A DNA stretch of 64,000 nucleotides from Bythopirellula sp. GTDB taxonomy: Bacteria > Planctomycetota > Planctomycetia > Pirellulales > Lacipirellulaceae. Below the pieces are notes generated by a model. It had not been told where the DNA came from. It searched no databases and saw nothing but the letters and a program-made list of their open reading frames with translations. The position numbers and the translations under genes were made by a program. Below are positions 12,745 through 23,567 of this stretch, piece after piece; position 1 is the first letter of the stretch, and each line of letters opens with the position of its first letter. Where the stretch lies: NCBI GenBank assembly GCA_965216565.1, contig OZ244170.1, forward strand, positions 992,001-1,056,000, written 5' to 3'.

Positions 12745-13428
12745 ATGAATTTGAGCCTAAGTCGTCGTCCATTCCTGGTTACCACTGTAGTAGTTTCTCT
12801 TCTCACCCTCGTAAACAGTCAAAGCCAAGCAACTATTGTGGGGGCACAATCGTTCGGCGATGAATTGGATGGGGCACGAATTATCGTGACATTTGCTCAG
12901 CAAGGTGCTCAGGCGACGACCATCAATGCGAATGGTCCAGGTACTGGCACAGCGAATTTGCCAAACTTGTTCACCTTCGAGGTATCGGGTGACACCTTCC
13001 TGAACACATGGAAACTATCTAACGACACGACATTCGACTCGATCCGACTTGTTGAATTCGACCTGTCCACTACGTCTGCCACAGACCCCAATGGGGTGAT
13101 TCACTCACCGGGCGTACTATTTGACGATGGAACGTCGCCGAGCACACCTGACGGATTTGCCGGCCGAGCAGGGGCTCAGTATGTGTCTGGGCCACTGATA
13201 CTCAACAGCTTTGAGTCTGGCTTGTGGGGCGATGCGATGAATACAGGTGACGAATACGTCAAAGAGACAATTGAATACAGCAGTTTTGGACCGTTGGAAA
13301 CTTCTGTCTGGCGCGACGACACCGATATCGTCGGAACCAACACTGGTCCGGAATTGCCCGAGCCGGGTTCCGCCATGTTGTGGATGCTGGCTACTGCATG
13401 CGTGGGGCTAGGTCGCAGTCGAAAATAA
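12745..13428 (+). CDS. PEP-CTERM sorting domain protein
   Basis: GGAGG RBS, N-terminal signal, C-terminal LPEPGS + hydrophobic helix + RSRK. Confidence 0.85.
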   Translation: MNLSLSRRPFLVTTVVVSLLTLVNSQSQATIVGAQSFGDELDGARIIVTFAQQGAQATTINANGPGTGTANLPNLFTFEVSGDTFLNTWKLSNDTTFDSIRLVEFDLSTTSATDPNGVIHSPGVLFDDGTSPSTPDGFAGRAGAQYVSGPLILNSFESGLWGDAMNTGDEYVKETIEYSSFGPLETSVWRDDTDIVGTNTGPELPEPGSAMLWMLATACVGLGRSRK

Positions 13429-13553
13429 TGCAGAGTTTTAGAACCGCTAGATCCAAGTATCAATTGCTGGATGGTCTTGCGGGGCCATCCAGTAGTTTTC
13501 CTTGCTGGGTAATCCGAGAAGGTTCCAAATTCACTTTCGGCCGCCGCAGAGGA

Positions 13554-14753
13554 TCACTCTATTCGTTTCCGCAGAGATTCTTCCACGTCTTTTGGTAAAC
13601 CACGATTTAAGGACTCGAACCGTTTTTGGTTTAGGCCACCACCTTCGCGGACAGACTGGTCCTCTGGGAAGCGGATATGGATGATGATGGCGGGCGTACC
13701 GATGCCAAACGACTTGAATCTGCCGATGAACTTCACTTGCTCTCCCTTCTTGAAAGGTTGAACGCTATCCTCGAAGTCCTTATCAAGTGTAAAAACAATG
13801 TCGAAGGGATCAGGCGGATAAAGGTATTTGAAATAGATCGCGTTTCCCGCCTTTTGGGGCAGATCTTCGTCGAGCATGCCAGTCCACATCACTTCGCCGA
13901 TCCTTTGCACTGCCACATTCGATTTTGCTTGAATCTCCTGCGACTGCTCGCGGGTCACTTGTCCATTTCTAGACTGGACCTCAAGTGACAGTAATTCCCA
14001 CTGCCATCGAAGGTCCTGTAGATTCCCCCATTCAATCTTCCAGTTTGACATGTCATCTACGTCACCTTCAGGATTGATTGGTATGGAGGAGAAGTTCTTA
14101 ATGAATGCGTCGTAGCTCGTCCTCCACGCCGCATTATCTGGCAGCACTGGTGTGTTGAGATCCGGCTTTTGTAAATCATTCGTTGCGATTGGACGAATCG
14201 AAAAACTATCCAAGCCAGGTCTCTTTCGTTGCTCCGAGGGCTGGGGACTGTCTTGAGTGCGCTCCGCTCTTGCGTATTCCTGGCTTGCCGAGCGTGGTTC
14301 GCCGGTAGAATTCGATTCGTCTTCCGTTGCTGCAGACTCACCCACCAGCTCTTCAACTGCTTCGCGAGCCTTAGCGATACGCTTTAGAAGAGTCTGAGCA
14401 CTCTTGTCGAGTTTCTCGATCGGGACATCAACCAGTTTCTCCGTCCGCTCTTCGCCATTTGGCACTAATACCAAAAGCTGGATAGAACTCAGGTCGGGTG
14501 CATGCCCGACGTACTTGCCATAGGTGGAATGCTTGCCAGAAGCCGAATTCCATTGGCGGAGTCGAATCAAGCCTTCCCATCTCTTCGCCAGTGATCGTGC
14601 TTTGGTTGTTTCCAGCTTTTCCAGGTTTTCTAGCAGAACTTCAGCGTCATTAAGTTCTGCGGCAAACGCAGGTGCCATGAGTAGCATGGCGAGCGAAGCC
14701 AGCGCAAGTGATCTGAAGAATGGTCCCATGGCAGTCTCCCGCTGTGTGCGCAC
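13554..14753 (-). CDS. Secreted protein with SHD1-like domain
   Basis: Signal peptide; RQWNSASGKHST...VDVPIEKLDKSAQ resembles the SLA1 homology domain 1. True start may be slightly downstream (MGPFFRS). Confidence 0.6.
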   Translation of the reverse strand: MRTQRETAMGPFFRSLALASLAMLLMAPAFAAELNDAEVLLENLEKLETTKARSLAKRWEGLIRLRQWNSASGKHSTYGKYVGHAPDLSSIQLLVLVPNGEERTEKLVDVPIEKLDKSAQTLLKRIAKAREAVEELVGESAATEDESNSTGEPRSASQEYARAERTQDSPQPSEQRKRPGLDSFSIRPIATNDLQKPDLNTPVLPDNAAWRTSYDAFIKNFSSIPINPEGDVDDMSNWKIEWGNLQDLRWQWELLSLEVQSRNGQVTREQSQEIQAKSNVAVQRIGEVMWTGMLDEDLPQKAGNAIYFKYLYPPDPFDIVFTLDKDFEDSVQPFKKGEQVKFIGRFKSFGIGTPAIIIHIRFPEDQSVREGGGLNQKRFESLNRGLPKDVEESLRKRIE

Positions 14754-14803
14754 AACGGTCGGTACGCATTGGTGTTGCTCGATTTTCCGACAAACCGGTG
14801 ACG

Positions 14804-16291
14804 CTACCGAAGTGAAACCGTGACCGTCTTGTTTTCGGTATAAGCTTCGAGTCCAGCTTCGCCAAGCTCGCGACCTAAGCCGCTTTCTTTGAAGCCACCA
14901 AACGGTGCTGCGGCGTCGAATACGTCATAACAGTTGACCCACACGGTACCGGCACGAACCTTTTCGGCAAAGCGATGGGCTTTGCCGATGTCGCGTGTCC
15001 AAACAGCAGCCGCCAGGCCAAAGTTGGAGTTGTTCGCCCGTGCTGCAACTTCTTCGACGTCGCTGAACTTCAGCACACTTAAGAAAGGCCCGAAAATTTC
15101 CTCACGGGCAATTCGCATTTCGTCGGTAACGTTCGTAAACAAGGTCGGCTCGACGTAGTAACCTTGGTCGCCATGTCGCTTACCACCTGTCACGCAAGTG
15201 GCACCGTCTTCTTTGCCGTAATCAACGTATTGAAGAATCTTGTCGAATTGGGCCTGATCCACCTGCGGGCCTTGCTCGGTATCCAGGTCGAACGGGTCGC
15301 CCAGCTTGCGGGAATCGTTCATGTCCTTCAGTCGATCGATGACCTCGTCGTGGACCTTGTCTTCGACGAACAACCGACTGCCTGCACAGCAACACTGGCC
15401 CTGGTTGAAATAGATTGCCATGTGGGCACCCTTGGCAGCAGCATCCAAATCCGAGTCGGCAAAGATCACATTCGGACTCTTGCCACCCAATTCAAAGGTC
15501 AGCCGCTTCATTGTCTCTGTGGCTTCACGCTGAATAATTTTGGCAGTCGAGAGCTCGCCTGTAAAAGCAACCTTGTCGATGCCTGGATGCTTGACGATCG
15601 ATCCGCCAGCGGTGGGGCCAAACCCGGGCACCACGTTGATCACACCGTCTGGAATCCCCGCCTTCTGAGCGAGACGAGCCATTCTCAAACAGGTCAGCGG
15701 AGTTTGCTCGGCAGGTTTCATCACGATGGTGCAACCCGCGGCAAGTGCCGGTCCCCACTTCCAGGCTGCCATCAGTGCTGGAAAGTTCCAAGGAATAATC
15801 TGGCCCACGACGCCGACCGGTTCCCGCTTGGTGTAGCACAAGAAGTCTCCGCGAATTGGGATCGTACTTCCTTGAATCTTGTCTGCCCAACCGGCGTAAT
15901 AACGGATGCAATCGATCACCAATGCGATATCGGCATTTCGAGCGTCGCTGACTGGCTTGCCGTTGTCCAGGGTTTCGAGCGCAGCCAATTCGTCGGCTTC
16001 TGCCTCGAGTTCGTCAGCCAGTTTATGCATGAGGTGGCCACGATCTCGCGCATCCATCTTCGACCATTCACCACCATCGAATTGGGCCCGCGCGGCATCA
16101 ACAGCTAGATCGACGTCTTCCTTATCGCCTTCAGCCACCTGCGCGATGACTTCTTCTGTGGCCGGATGAATTGTGTCGAACGTCTTGCCACTAGCCGCAG
16201 GAAGCCATTTACCACCGATGAAGCACTGCGTTTGCTTGATCTCGGGGCGAGCTATTTTCTGGGATTCTGATTGTTGGGCGGTCGAGGCCAT
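14804..16291 (-). CDS. NAD-dependent aldehyde dehydrogenase
   Basis: [33 protein letters not shown] and PFGGFKESG motifs. Confidence 0.96.
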   Translation of the reverse strand: MASTAQQSESQKIARPEIKQTQCFIGGKWLPAASGKTFDTIHPATEEVIAQVAEGDKEDVDLAVDAARAQFDGGEWSKMDARDRGHLMHKLADELEAEADELAALETLDNGKPVSDARNADIALVIDCIRYYAGWADKIQGSTIPIRGDFLCYTKREPVGVVGQIIPWNFPALMAAWKWGPALAAGCTIVMKPAEQTPLTCLRMARLAQKAGIPDGVINVVPGFGPTAGGSIVKHPGIDKVAFTGELSTAKIIQREATETMKRLTFELGGKSPNVIFADSDLDAAAKGAHMAIYFNQGQCCCAGSRLFVEDKVHDEVIDRLKDMNDSRKLGDPFDLDTEQGPQVDQAQFDKILQYVDYGKEDGATCVTGGKRHGDQGYYVEPTLFTNVTDEMRIAREEIFGPFLSVLKFSDVEEVAARANNSNFGLAAAVWTRDIGKAHRFAEKVRAGTVWVNCYDVFDAAAPFGGFKESGLGRELGEAGLEAYTENKTVTVSLR

Positions 16292-16472
16292 GGAAAGTTT
16301 CCTCCACGAATAAATAGAAAAAGCTTGGCTGATTACTTCTGACTAGACCCCTGATTGTATGCTATTCGGGGGGGCGGTGGCTAGATGGCGCCATCCTAGG
16401 TAGGGCCGCAAAGACCACGCAATCGCGCTACAACACCATCTTTTGCTGCTAAACGGTTGCGGTTTCTACTGA

Positions 16473-17516
16473 TTAGCTGTGCGCTTCGGCAACCTGAGAC
16501 GCGGCTGCGCTGCCGTTGAACGAAGTCGAGTTCTTTCGATAGATCACACCATGATCGACTTCAGAAAAACCAAGAGCGGCATAGAATTCCTTGGCTGATT
16601 CGTTGGTGTCCATCGTTTGTGCTTCGACAGTCGAAACTCCGCGACGCCTGAGGATTCGGAAAGCTTCGTTCATCAACAGGCTTGCACAGCCTTGGCGTCG
16701 GTAGTCGGGATCGATTTGCAGGTCGCAGAGACCGGCTGTGCAGATTCCCCAACTCATCGAGAGTGGTTGGACATCCCAGAACGAGGCATGGCCAATCAAT
16801 TCCCCGTCTTTTTTGTCGACTAATTCAAATCGGTCTCGCTCATGCGATCCCCACACGCAAGCTTCCCACCAATCTTTGGAACAGGGGTCGGTTTGCTCCC
16901 GGACCACCGTCTTGAACCGCCACTGTCGAACTTTCCGGGTAACCAGCGGACGAAAGTGTACGAGATCGCAATGCTGAATGTTGACTCGTGCCGACTCGAC
17001 ATAGCCATTTCTTATGCAGGCATTGTGCAGCAAGCTGTTGGAGCAGAGTACGCCGGGAATTTCGCTGCCGCCATAGAGGCCCAGGTAGAACGAATTCATT
17101 GGCTTGATGCCGCCGGCATAGAAAACATTTGCCCCGCGGTTACGCAAATAGTTTTCGCTGGCGGCAAGTAAATCGTCGACTAAGGCATCGTCTTCTTCGC
17201 CACTGCGAATCATGAGCATCAGCGTCGTGCCCATGCTGGTGTCGATGCCACTGCCATCCTCGCTCGGCCCAAAGCCCGCATGAACAAAACCAACCGGTTC
17301 GTCGTTCTTGGTAGCAACGATCAACCCTTGCCGATCGAAGTGCATTTTTGAGAAGACAGAATATTCCAAGAGGGGTGCCGTGATCGGCTGCAGCAGGCCT
17401 CGCTGTGGCGGCTGGCTACGCCAGATGGCCGCAATGTGCGGCGGGTCGGTATTTCTAAAAGGCCTTAGCTGATACACGACTGATGCAAACGGGGGGAAGG
17501 TGGGGCAGGACAGCAT
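16473..17516 (-). CDS. Tandem GNAT N-acetyltransferase
   Basis: IDPDYRRQGCASLL acetyl-CoA motif, FYAALGF. True start likely near 17477. Confidence 0.8.
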   Translation of the reverse strand: MLSCPTFPPFASVVYQLRPFRNTDPPHIAAIWRSQPPQRGLLQPITAPLLEYSVFSKMHFDRQGLIVATKNDEPVGFVHAGFGPSEDGSGIDTSMGTTLMLMIRSGEEDDALVDDLLAASENYLRNRGANVFYAGGIKPMNSFYLGLYGGSEIPGVLCSNSLLHNACIRNGYVESARVNIQHCDLVHFRPLVTRKVRQWRFKTVVREQTDPCSKDWWEACVWGSHERDRFELVDKKDGELIGHASFWDVQPLSMSWGICTAGLCDLQIDPDYRRQGCASLLMNEAFRILRRRGVSTVEAQTMDTNESAKEFYAALGFSEVDHGVIYRKNSTSFNGSAAASQVAEAHS

Positions 17517-17628
17517 TCATTGAGGAAGGCTCCTCGATAAGCCTCCGGCTGAAGTAATTATCGCAAGACTGGCGCTTGTCGCAAGTCAAAAGCGAAATTG
17601 CCCCCCCGAACGCACGGCTCAAAGCAGC

Positions 17629-18567
17629 CTATGCCGCTCGTCTCGCCCGCTTTGCCTGGCGAATCGCTCTTCTGTCTCGAGGCTGACTCTTCCACCGACG
17701 ATGCACCCACCAATATTGGTCTGGAGCCTGTCGAATGAGTCCCTCTAAGCGGTTGGTGTACCACTTTGTTAGCTCGGGCAGGCTACCGTAGGCGAAGTCA
17801 TCTTCCTCCGGATCCACCACTTCGGAAACACGCAAATCGAACTTAAGCGGTTCCTTTCTCAAGCAAGCACACAAGGCGGTCGGTACGTTGCCACTAAGCG
17901 TAAAGAGCCCTACCGCTTTGTGGGTAGAAGCAGGTTTCCCAAAAAAGTCGACCCAGCAGCCCCGGGGCCCGGCATCTTGGTCGCCCAAGAGTCCGAGTGC
18001 TCCCCCCCGATTGAGAAGGTCTTCAATCTCTTGGCTACTGCCGCGCTTTGAAAGCATGTATTGGCCGGTTGACTCTCGGAAATCCTGGAAGAATTTGTCG
18101 AGATAGCGATTGTCCAATGGCCGAGCGATTGTGTGCGTTGGAAATCCATGCATGGCGATCAGATAGCCACCCATTTCAAAATTGCCCAGATGTCCGCAAA
18201 TAATCACCGTCGGCCGTTCGTCCAGCATCCGCCGGAGCAGTGCGTTCATGCGGGGACTATCGGTATGATCGCGGAGGTTCGTCCGATGGACCTTTCTTGG
18301 TGTGTGGGCGATTTCCATAATCATCAGGAACAGGTGTTGCCACATGCCGATAGCAATGCGATCTCTCTGTTCGTCGGAAAGCTGAGGGAAAGCAGTACGC
18401 AGATTTTCCTCAACCACGTGGCGCCGGAGACGAAGTACCTTCCAACAGAAGTGGCCCAGGTGGTTGGAAATGCTCTGGCACGCGGCGACAGGTAATGCCT
18501 GGACAACGCACAAGAAGGCCCGCACCACGAGATAGGCCGAATAGTCGATTATAGATTTAGCGCGCAT
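17629..18567 (-). CDS. Lipid A biosynthesis acyltransferase (LpxL/HtrB family)
   Basis: GHLGNFE, LLGDQDAG, VDFFGKPA and PDQYWWVHRRWK motifs; AAGGAGG RBS before ATG 18567. Confidence 0.9.
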   Translation of the reverse strand: MRAKSIIDYSAYLVVRAFLCVVQALPVAACQSISNHLGHFCWKVLRLRRHVVEENLRTAFPQLSDEQRDRIAIGMWQHLFLMIMEIAHTPRKVHRTNLRDHTDSPRMNALLRRMLDERPTVIICGHLGNFEMGGYLIAMHGFPTHTIARPLDNRYLDKFFQDFRESTGQYMLSKRGSSQEIEDLLNRGGALGLLGDQDAGPRGCWVDFFGKPASTHKAVGLFTLSGNVPTALCACLRKEPLKFDLRVSEVVDPEEDDFAYGSLPELTKWYTNRLEGLIRQAPDQYWWVHRRWKSQPRDRRAIRQAKRARRAA

Positions 18568-18761
18568 GAAGCCTCCTTGCCACTGCTGAGAGGATTGTGC
18601 AAGAAAATCCTGGTTTTTGGAAAGAGCGATTCTTGCCATTCATTGCCGTCACCTGCTAGCGTTTGCCTTGAACCGGCGGATAACTTCTGCTCGATTAGAC
18701 ATCTGCAGTCTGCCCTGGCTGTCCGAGAAACACCCGAAACCCTTTGCAAATTGAGTGAAGC

Positions 18762-19244
18762 TTGAGCTATCAGCCGCAACTACACATTGTCCTCTACCAG
18801 CCCGAGATTCCGTACAATACGGGAAGCGTTGGCCGCACGTGTGTGGCTGTCGCGGCAAAGCTGTGGCTCGTTCGGCCACTCGGCTTTCGGGTAGACGACT
18901 ACTACCTGCGTCGCGCGGGGCTCGACTACTGGCAGCATCTAGAGTGGCAAGTGGCCGACGACTGGGCCGATTTGCAGAAGCAGCTTGCCGGCCACGATTT
19001 TTGGTATTTCACAAAAAAAGCGACGCGGCACTACACGGACGCCGAATTTCAAGCTCAGGCCGTCATCGTCTTTGGCAGCGAGTCCAAGGGCCTGCCCGAC
19101 GAGGTTTTGGAGGCGAATCCGGAAAAGAATCTTAGAATTCCTACCCGACCAGAGGTTCGCAGCCTAAATCTTTCCAATTCGGTGGCGGTAGCCACTTACG
19201 AGGCAATTCGACAGGGCCATCTCGGCGATACGGGTGCGTCTTGA
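18762..19244 (+). CDS. trmL: tRNA (cytidine/uridine(34)-2'-O)-methyltransferase
   Basis: LYQPEIPYNTG, LRRAGLDYW, FGSESKGL and RSLNLSN SPOUT motifs. Confidence 0.93.
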   Translation: MSYQPQLHIVLYQPEIPYNTGSVGRTCVAVAAKLWLVRPLGFRVDDYYLRRAGLDYWQHLEWQVADDWADLQKQLAGHDFWYFTKKATRHYTDAEFQAQAVIVFGSESKGLPDEVLEANPEKNLRIPTRPEVRSLNLSNSVAVATYEAIRQGHLGDTGAS

Positions 19245-19477
19245 AAGAAATTTCCCCAGATCCGACGTTTTCGGCAGATTTTTGTCTAACATGGCCCGAT
19301 GTTTGGCGCTTTAGAGGATGAGGTTGACTGCCACTGGCTCTATAGTCGATGTCGAAATTGGGTGTATCCCAGCCGCGACACGGCTCATCCGAAGCAACAT
19401 CGGACAACGTGCCGAATTGACGAACTGCACTGAACCCGTCACCATAAGGTTCTGTAGGAAATGGGTATTTTAGAATT

Positions 19478-20356
19478 ATGACACTGGTAAGTGGCTTCGA
19501 GAAAATTGTCAGGCTCAATGAGCCGCTCGCTAACCGCACCTGGCTGAAGCTAGGTGGGCAGGCGGAGTTCTTTGCCGAACCGAAATCGGTCGACGAGCTG
19601 GCAGCCTTGGTTAGGCGTTGTTACGAGGAAAACGTCCCCATTCGAATTCTCGGTGGCGGGTCCAACGTGTTGATCCGCGACGATGGCCTCTCTGGCATGG
19701 TGGTGAATCTATCGCACCCCTATTTCTCAGAGATTCAAGTCGGTCTGGGTAACCTGGTTGCCGGAGGCGGAGCGACACTGGCACACGCTATTAGCGAAAC
19801 GGTCCGTGCAGGTCTATCGGGTCTCGAGCCGCTCGTTGGCATTCCCGGTACCATTGGCGGGGCGTTGCATGGCAACTCCGGCACGCGGGGCGGCGACATC
19901 GGCCAATGGGCCTGTCGCGCGACTGTCATGACTCGCAGTGGCGAGATTGTGCAGCGTGATCGCGAAGACTTGGTATTCGCCTATCGCCAAAGCAGCTTGG
20001 ACGAATTGGTCATCCTGAGTGCCGAATTCCAGTTGGACGAAGACGATCCTGCTCAGCTCACCAAACGCATGCAGAAACAATGGATTGTGAAGAAGGCCGG
20101 ACAGCCTTTGTCGCACCAAAACGTGGCTCCCGTATTCAAGAATCCTCGCGGCATGAGCGCCGGAATGTTGATTGATCAAGCGGGACTCAAAGGCACAAAA
20201 TTGGGCGGCCTGGAAGTGAGTCAGCGTCACGCTAATTTCATCATCGCCGGCGAAGGAGCATCGAGCCAAGATGCCCTCAGGCTGATTGACATGATTCGAA
20301 GCCGAGTTGCCGAGCGACTGGGCGTTGAGTTGGAGACGGAACTAGAAATCTGGTAA
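19478..20356 (+). CDS. murB: UDP-N-acetylenolpyruvoylglucosamine reductase
   Basis: LGGGSNVL, GIPGTIGGA, FAYRQS, VFKNP, HANFI and LETE motifs. Confidence 0.93.
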   Translation: MTLVSGFEKIVRLNEPLANRTWLKLGGQAEFFAEPKSVDELAALVRRCYEENVPIRILGGGSNVLIRDDGLSGMVVNLSHPYFSEIQVGLGNLVAGGGATLAHAISETVRAGLSGLEPLVGIPGTIGGALHGNSGTRGGDIGQWACRATVMTRSGEIVQRDREDLVFAYRQSSLDELVILSAEFQLDEDDPAQLTKRMQKQWIVKKAGQPLSHQNVAPVFKNPRGMSAGMLIDQAGLKGTKLGGLEVSQRHANFIIAGEGASSQDALRLIDMIRSRVAERLGVELETELEIW

Positions 20357-20388
20357 CCGCTACTTAAGCAGCGCACGGAGGTGTTGCC

Positions 20389-21360
20389 ATGGCCAGCGAA
20401 AAGCGCAAGAAGAAAACGGCTCACCATCCGCAAGACGCGGATCGCTCCCCGTCCTTTCGGATCTCGCGGGGCCGCGTCCTCGTAGCACTAGGCGTGATTG
20501 CTCTGCTGGGTTGGTTGTCCCACGCCGTTTGGCAACAGGTGGGTCCGAGAGTCATCCAGCAGCAAGAGTATCTGCTCGCTGCCGACCGTATTTCTACGAC
20601 TCCGATCCCCGAGTGGATCGAAGGCAACTTTGTCGGCGATGTCGTCCGCGATGCGGGCCTCGATGGCCGGCTTTCGCTTCTGGATGATGCCTTTGCCGAA
20701 GTGGTCGAAAATGCGTTTGTGCTGCATCCTTGGGTAGAGAGTGTGGCAAGGATCGAGAAACGCCACCCTCGCGGCGTGTATGTAGAGCTCGTGTTTCGAG
20801 AACCAGTGGCGGTGGTGGAAATGCCGGCTAGCGAGGGCGTCGTATTTGTGCCGGTCGACAGTGCAGGGGTGCATCTCCCGACCAAAGACGTTGCCGACAT
20901 GAAGAAACGCTACCTCCCACGGATCGGTGGAATTGTCGGACGACCGCCGGTCGGTCAGCAATGGCCCGACGCGCGAGTCATTGGTGCCGCACTCTTAGCC
21001 GAACAGTTGCAGGACGTTTGGGAAGATCTGCATCTGGTGGACATCCTCCCTTCAGCCCGACCCGAAATTCGCGGCGATCATCGTTACTTTGTGTACGAGC
21101 TGGTCACTCGTGGTGGGACGCGAGTTGTTTGGGGCGCGGCGCCCGATGCCTCTCCGCCAGGCGAACATGAATTTGCCGCGAAGCTTTCGCGACTCAAGCA
21201 ATGCGTTGCCGAGCATGGACCATTAAACTCAGTAAGAAGTCCGGCCGTGGTAGACGTCCGACAAAAGCTGGCCATTACGCCGAGGACAGTGAAGAAACCG
21301 GCCTCGCCCGAGGAAGATTCCTCGATGGTTAAGCGGCCCAGCAAAACCGAGCGGCGCTAG
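20389..21360 (+). CDS. FtsQ/DivIB-like bitopic membrane protein
   Basis: Basic N-tail, one TM helix, POTRA-like HPWVESVARIEKRHPRGVYVELVFREPVA, VDSAGVHLP; directly after murB. Confidence 0.65.
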   Translation: MASEKRKKKTAHHPQDADRSPSFRISRGRVLVALGVIALLGWLSHAVWQQVGPRVIQQQEYLLAADRISTTPIPEWIEGNFVGDVVRDAGLDGRLSLLDDAFAEVVENAFVLHPWVESVARIEKRHPRGVYVELVFREPVAVVEMPASEGVVFVPVDSAGVHLPTKDVADMKKRYLPRIGGIVGRPPVGQQWPDARVIGAALLAEQLQDVWEDLHLVDILPSARPEIRGDHRYFVYELVTRGGTRVVWGAAPDASPPGEHEFAAKLSRLKQCVAEHGPLNSVRSPAVVDVRQKLAITPRTVKKPASPEEDSSMVKRPSKTERR

Positions 21361-21391
21361 ACCCGAAGGGCAGAGTTGGTAGTCGAGAAAT

Positions 21392-21552
21392 GGGGACTGG
21401 CTCGCCGCACAATGGTAAACGGTGCTCTGAGCACCTGTCGCGTCGTCGTGCCTGTCCCCATTTTTCGACGGTTAAGAAAGGGGACAGGCACGCGATCGCC
21501 GTAGCGAGTAATCGGTGGCCAAGCGACGACTTGCGATCGCGAGCCAGTCCCC
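21392..21552. repeat. BIME-like pair of GGGGACTGGCTC / GTGCCTGTCCCC palindromic units
   Basis: GGGGACTGGCTC (21392), GTGCCTGTCCCC (21448), GGGGACAGGCAC (21480), GAGCCAGTCCCC (21541); lies between convergent genes. Confidence 0.8.
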
Positions 21553-21579
21553 TTTTCAGGCTCATCCTGCGCTGCAGTG

Positions 21580-21804
21580 CTAGTTGGAACGAGATTGCTC
21601 GTCGAGTTGAGCCTGACGGGCGACTTCGATCGATAGAATTTCCTGTTCGCGCAATTGCTCGGCCAATTCCTCACGGACCACGGCCATTTCGCGGGGTGCT
21701 TCGATGCCGATCCGAACGCCGCCATTGCCCACCTTCACAACGGTCACGACGACATTGTCCCCTATCAGGATTCTTTCACCGACTTTTCGAGATACGACCA
21801 ACAT
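21580..21804 (-). CDS. csrA: Carbon storage regulator CsrA
   Basis: MLVVSRKVGERILIGDNVVVTVV...VRIGIEAP...VVREE; AAAGGAG RBS. Confidence 0.93.
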   Translation of the reverse strand: MLVVSRKVGERILIGDNVVVTVVKVGNGGVRIGIEAPREMAVVREELAEQLREQEILSIEVARQAQLDEQSRSN

Positions 21805-22151
21805 GCTGTGAACTCCTTTTCGCCCCGTACGGCTTGTAGTCCGCTCTGCGGCCAAGCCTCTTGAGACCCCAACGCCTACCCACAAGCCGGAATCGCCGCA
21901 CGGCGCTGCTAGCGGGTACACTCTTGTAACGGTATCAAGGCACGTCGCGATTGCAACGGCCTCGGAGAGCAATCGACGATTTACTGCGATTTAGGTAGGT
22001 TGAGAGCAGAATAGCTTATAAGCTTGGTTGATTAGGTTGTTTGCGGGCTCTGTGGAGCTCGCTCAAACAAACGGGTAAAGGTAAATATCTCGGACGTATG
22101 CCGTGCGTGTTTCTGAATCAAGAATTCGACAGGGTGAGGAGAGCCTGACAG

Positions 22152-23081
22152 GTGTCGCTGGAAAGTGAATTAGTGAAGTGGCTAAAGGAGAACCTACCCG
22201 AGACTCCACGGTTGAGGATTGGGCTGGGGGACGATGCGGCGGAGCTGGGAGGATTCGATTCCTCGCGTGTCGTAGTCACCACCGATACGGTCACCGACCA
22301 GGTTGATTTCATCCTCAAAGATATCGATCCCCGACAGGCGGGGCACAAAGCCTTGGGCGTAAATCTTAGTGACCTAGCGGCGATGGCAACACGGCCAGTG
22401 GCGGTTGTTGTCTCTCTAGTGTTACCGCAGGAAAATTCTCTGCAGTTGGCCTACGCACTCTACGAAGGGATGTTGCCACTGGCGGAGAAGTTTGACGTGG
22501 TGATTGCCGGTGGAGATACCAACACCTGGAATGGCCCGCTGGCGATTAGTATCACCGCGATAGGCGAGCCCACAGAGTACGGGTTGCTCACCCGGAGCGG
22601 GGCCCAAGCAGGCGATGATCTCTTGGTGACAGGCAGCCTGGGCGGCAGCATTCTTGGTAGGCACCTGGCCGTTGAGCCACGTGTGGATGAGGCTTTGTTG
22701 TTGAACGAGCGATACGAGCTGCACGCGGGAATGGACATCAGCGATGGGCTCGCGCTCGATGCTTCGCGATTGGCCACCGAGAGCGAGGTTGGAATTCTGC
22801 TTGATCTCGACGCAGTCCCCGTTTCACCGGCCGCCCAGGAATTGTCCCAGCGCGATGGCGAATCGCCCGTTCAGCATGCATTAGCCGATGGAGAAGACTT
22901 CGAACTCTTGCTTGCAGTTTCGCCAGCCGAGGCAAACAAGATCCTCAAGGACCAACCCCTTGAGGTGCCCGTCACCCACATCGGTGCTGTCATCGCAGAA
23001 CCCGGCCTTTGGCAATCGGACGGCAAAGATTCCAAACAACCGCTCACCCCCCAGGGATTTCAGCACGGAGCCGGCGCATGA
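22152..23081 (+). CDS. thiL: Thiamine-monophosphate kinase
   Basis: GDDAA, NLSDLAAM, GGDT, MDISDGL and GEDFELL motifs. Confidence 0.95.
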   Translation: MSLESELVKWLKENLPETPRLRIGLGDDAAELGGFDSSRVVVTTDTVTDQVDFILKDIDPRQAGHKALGVNLSDLAAMATRPVAVVVSLVLPQENSLQLAYALYEGMLPLAEKFDVVIAGGDTNTWNGPLAISITAIGEPTEYGLLTRSGAQAGDDLLVTGSLGGSILGRHLAVEPRVDEALLLNERYELHAGMDISDGLALDASRLATESEVGILLDLDAVPVSPAAQELSQRDGESPVQHALADGEDFELLLAVSPAEANKILKDQPLEVPVTHIGAVIAEPGLWQSDGKDSKQPLTPQGFQHGAGA

Positions 23082-23542
23082 ACGAGTGGACTTTCACCGC
23101 CACGTCGGAAGACGACACCGACCGCCTGGGTGCCAAGCTGGCTGAGGTCCTGCCTCCCGGCACGGTGATTGCGCTGATCGGTACTTTGGGAGCTGGTAAA
23201 ACCAGGCTGGTTCAGGCGGTGGCCCAGGCGCTCGGTGTTTCTGCCGAGGAGGTGACGAGTCCCACCTTTGTTCTTGTCAACGAATACACCACGGGCCGCC
23301 TGCCCGTTTACCACTTCGACGCATATCGACTACGCGACGAAGACGAGTTCCTGGAATTGGGCCCCGAAGAATACTTCGACGCCGACGGGCTAACGTTTGT
23401 CGAATGGGCCGACCGCGTCCAGCGCTGCCTGCCGCCAGAGTATCTTCAAATCGAAGTCGAAGTCGTCGGCGACACTCTGCGAGAGTTCAAGGTCAGCTCA
23501 CCAAGTGTATCTCTTGCCAGTCGACTCCAGCAATTGGGCTAG
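23078..23542 (+). CDS. tsaE: tRNA threonylcarbamoyladenosine biosynthesis ATPase
   Basis: GTLGAGKT, VTSPTF, HFDAYRL and VEWA motifs; ATGA overlap with thiL. Confidence 0.94.
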   Translation: MNEWTFTATSEDDTDRLGAKLAEVLPPGTVIALIGTLGAGKTRLVQAVAQALGVSAEEVTSPTFVLVNEYTTGRLPVYHFDAYRLRDEDEFLELGPEEYFDADGLTFVEWADRVQRCLPPEYLQIEVEVVGDTLREFKVSSPSVSLASRLQQLG

Positions 23543-23567
23543 TCCCTAGCTCCAAGCCCATAGCCCC

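Noticed and set aside
21329..21839. ORFs overlapping the repeat doublet and antisense to csrA
   Set aside because: Derived from repeat sequence; csrA explains the region.
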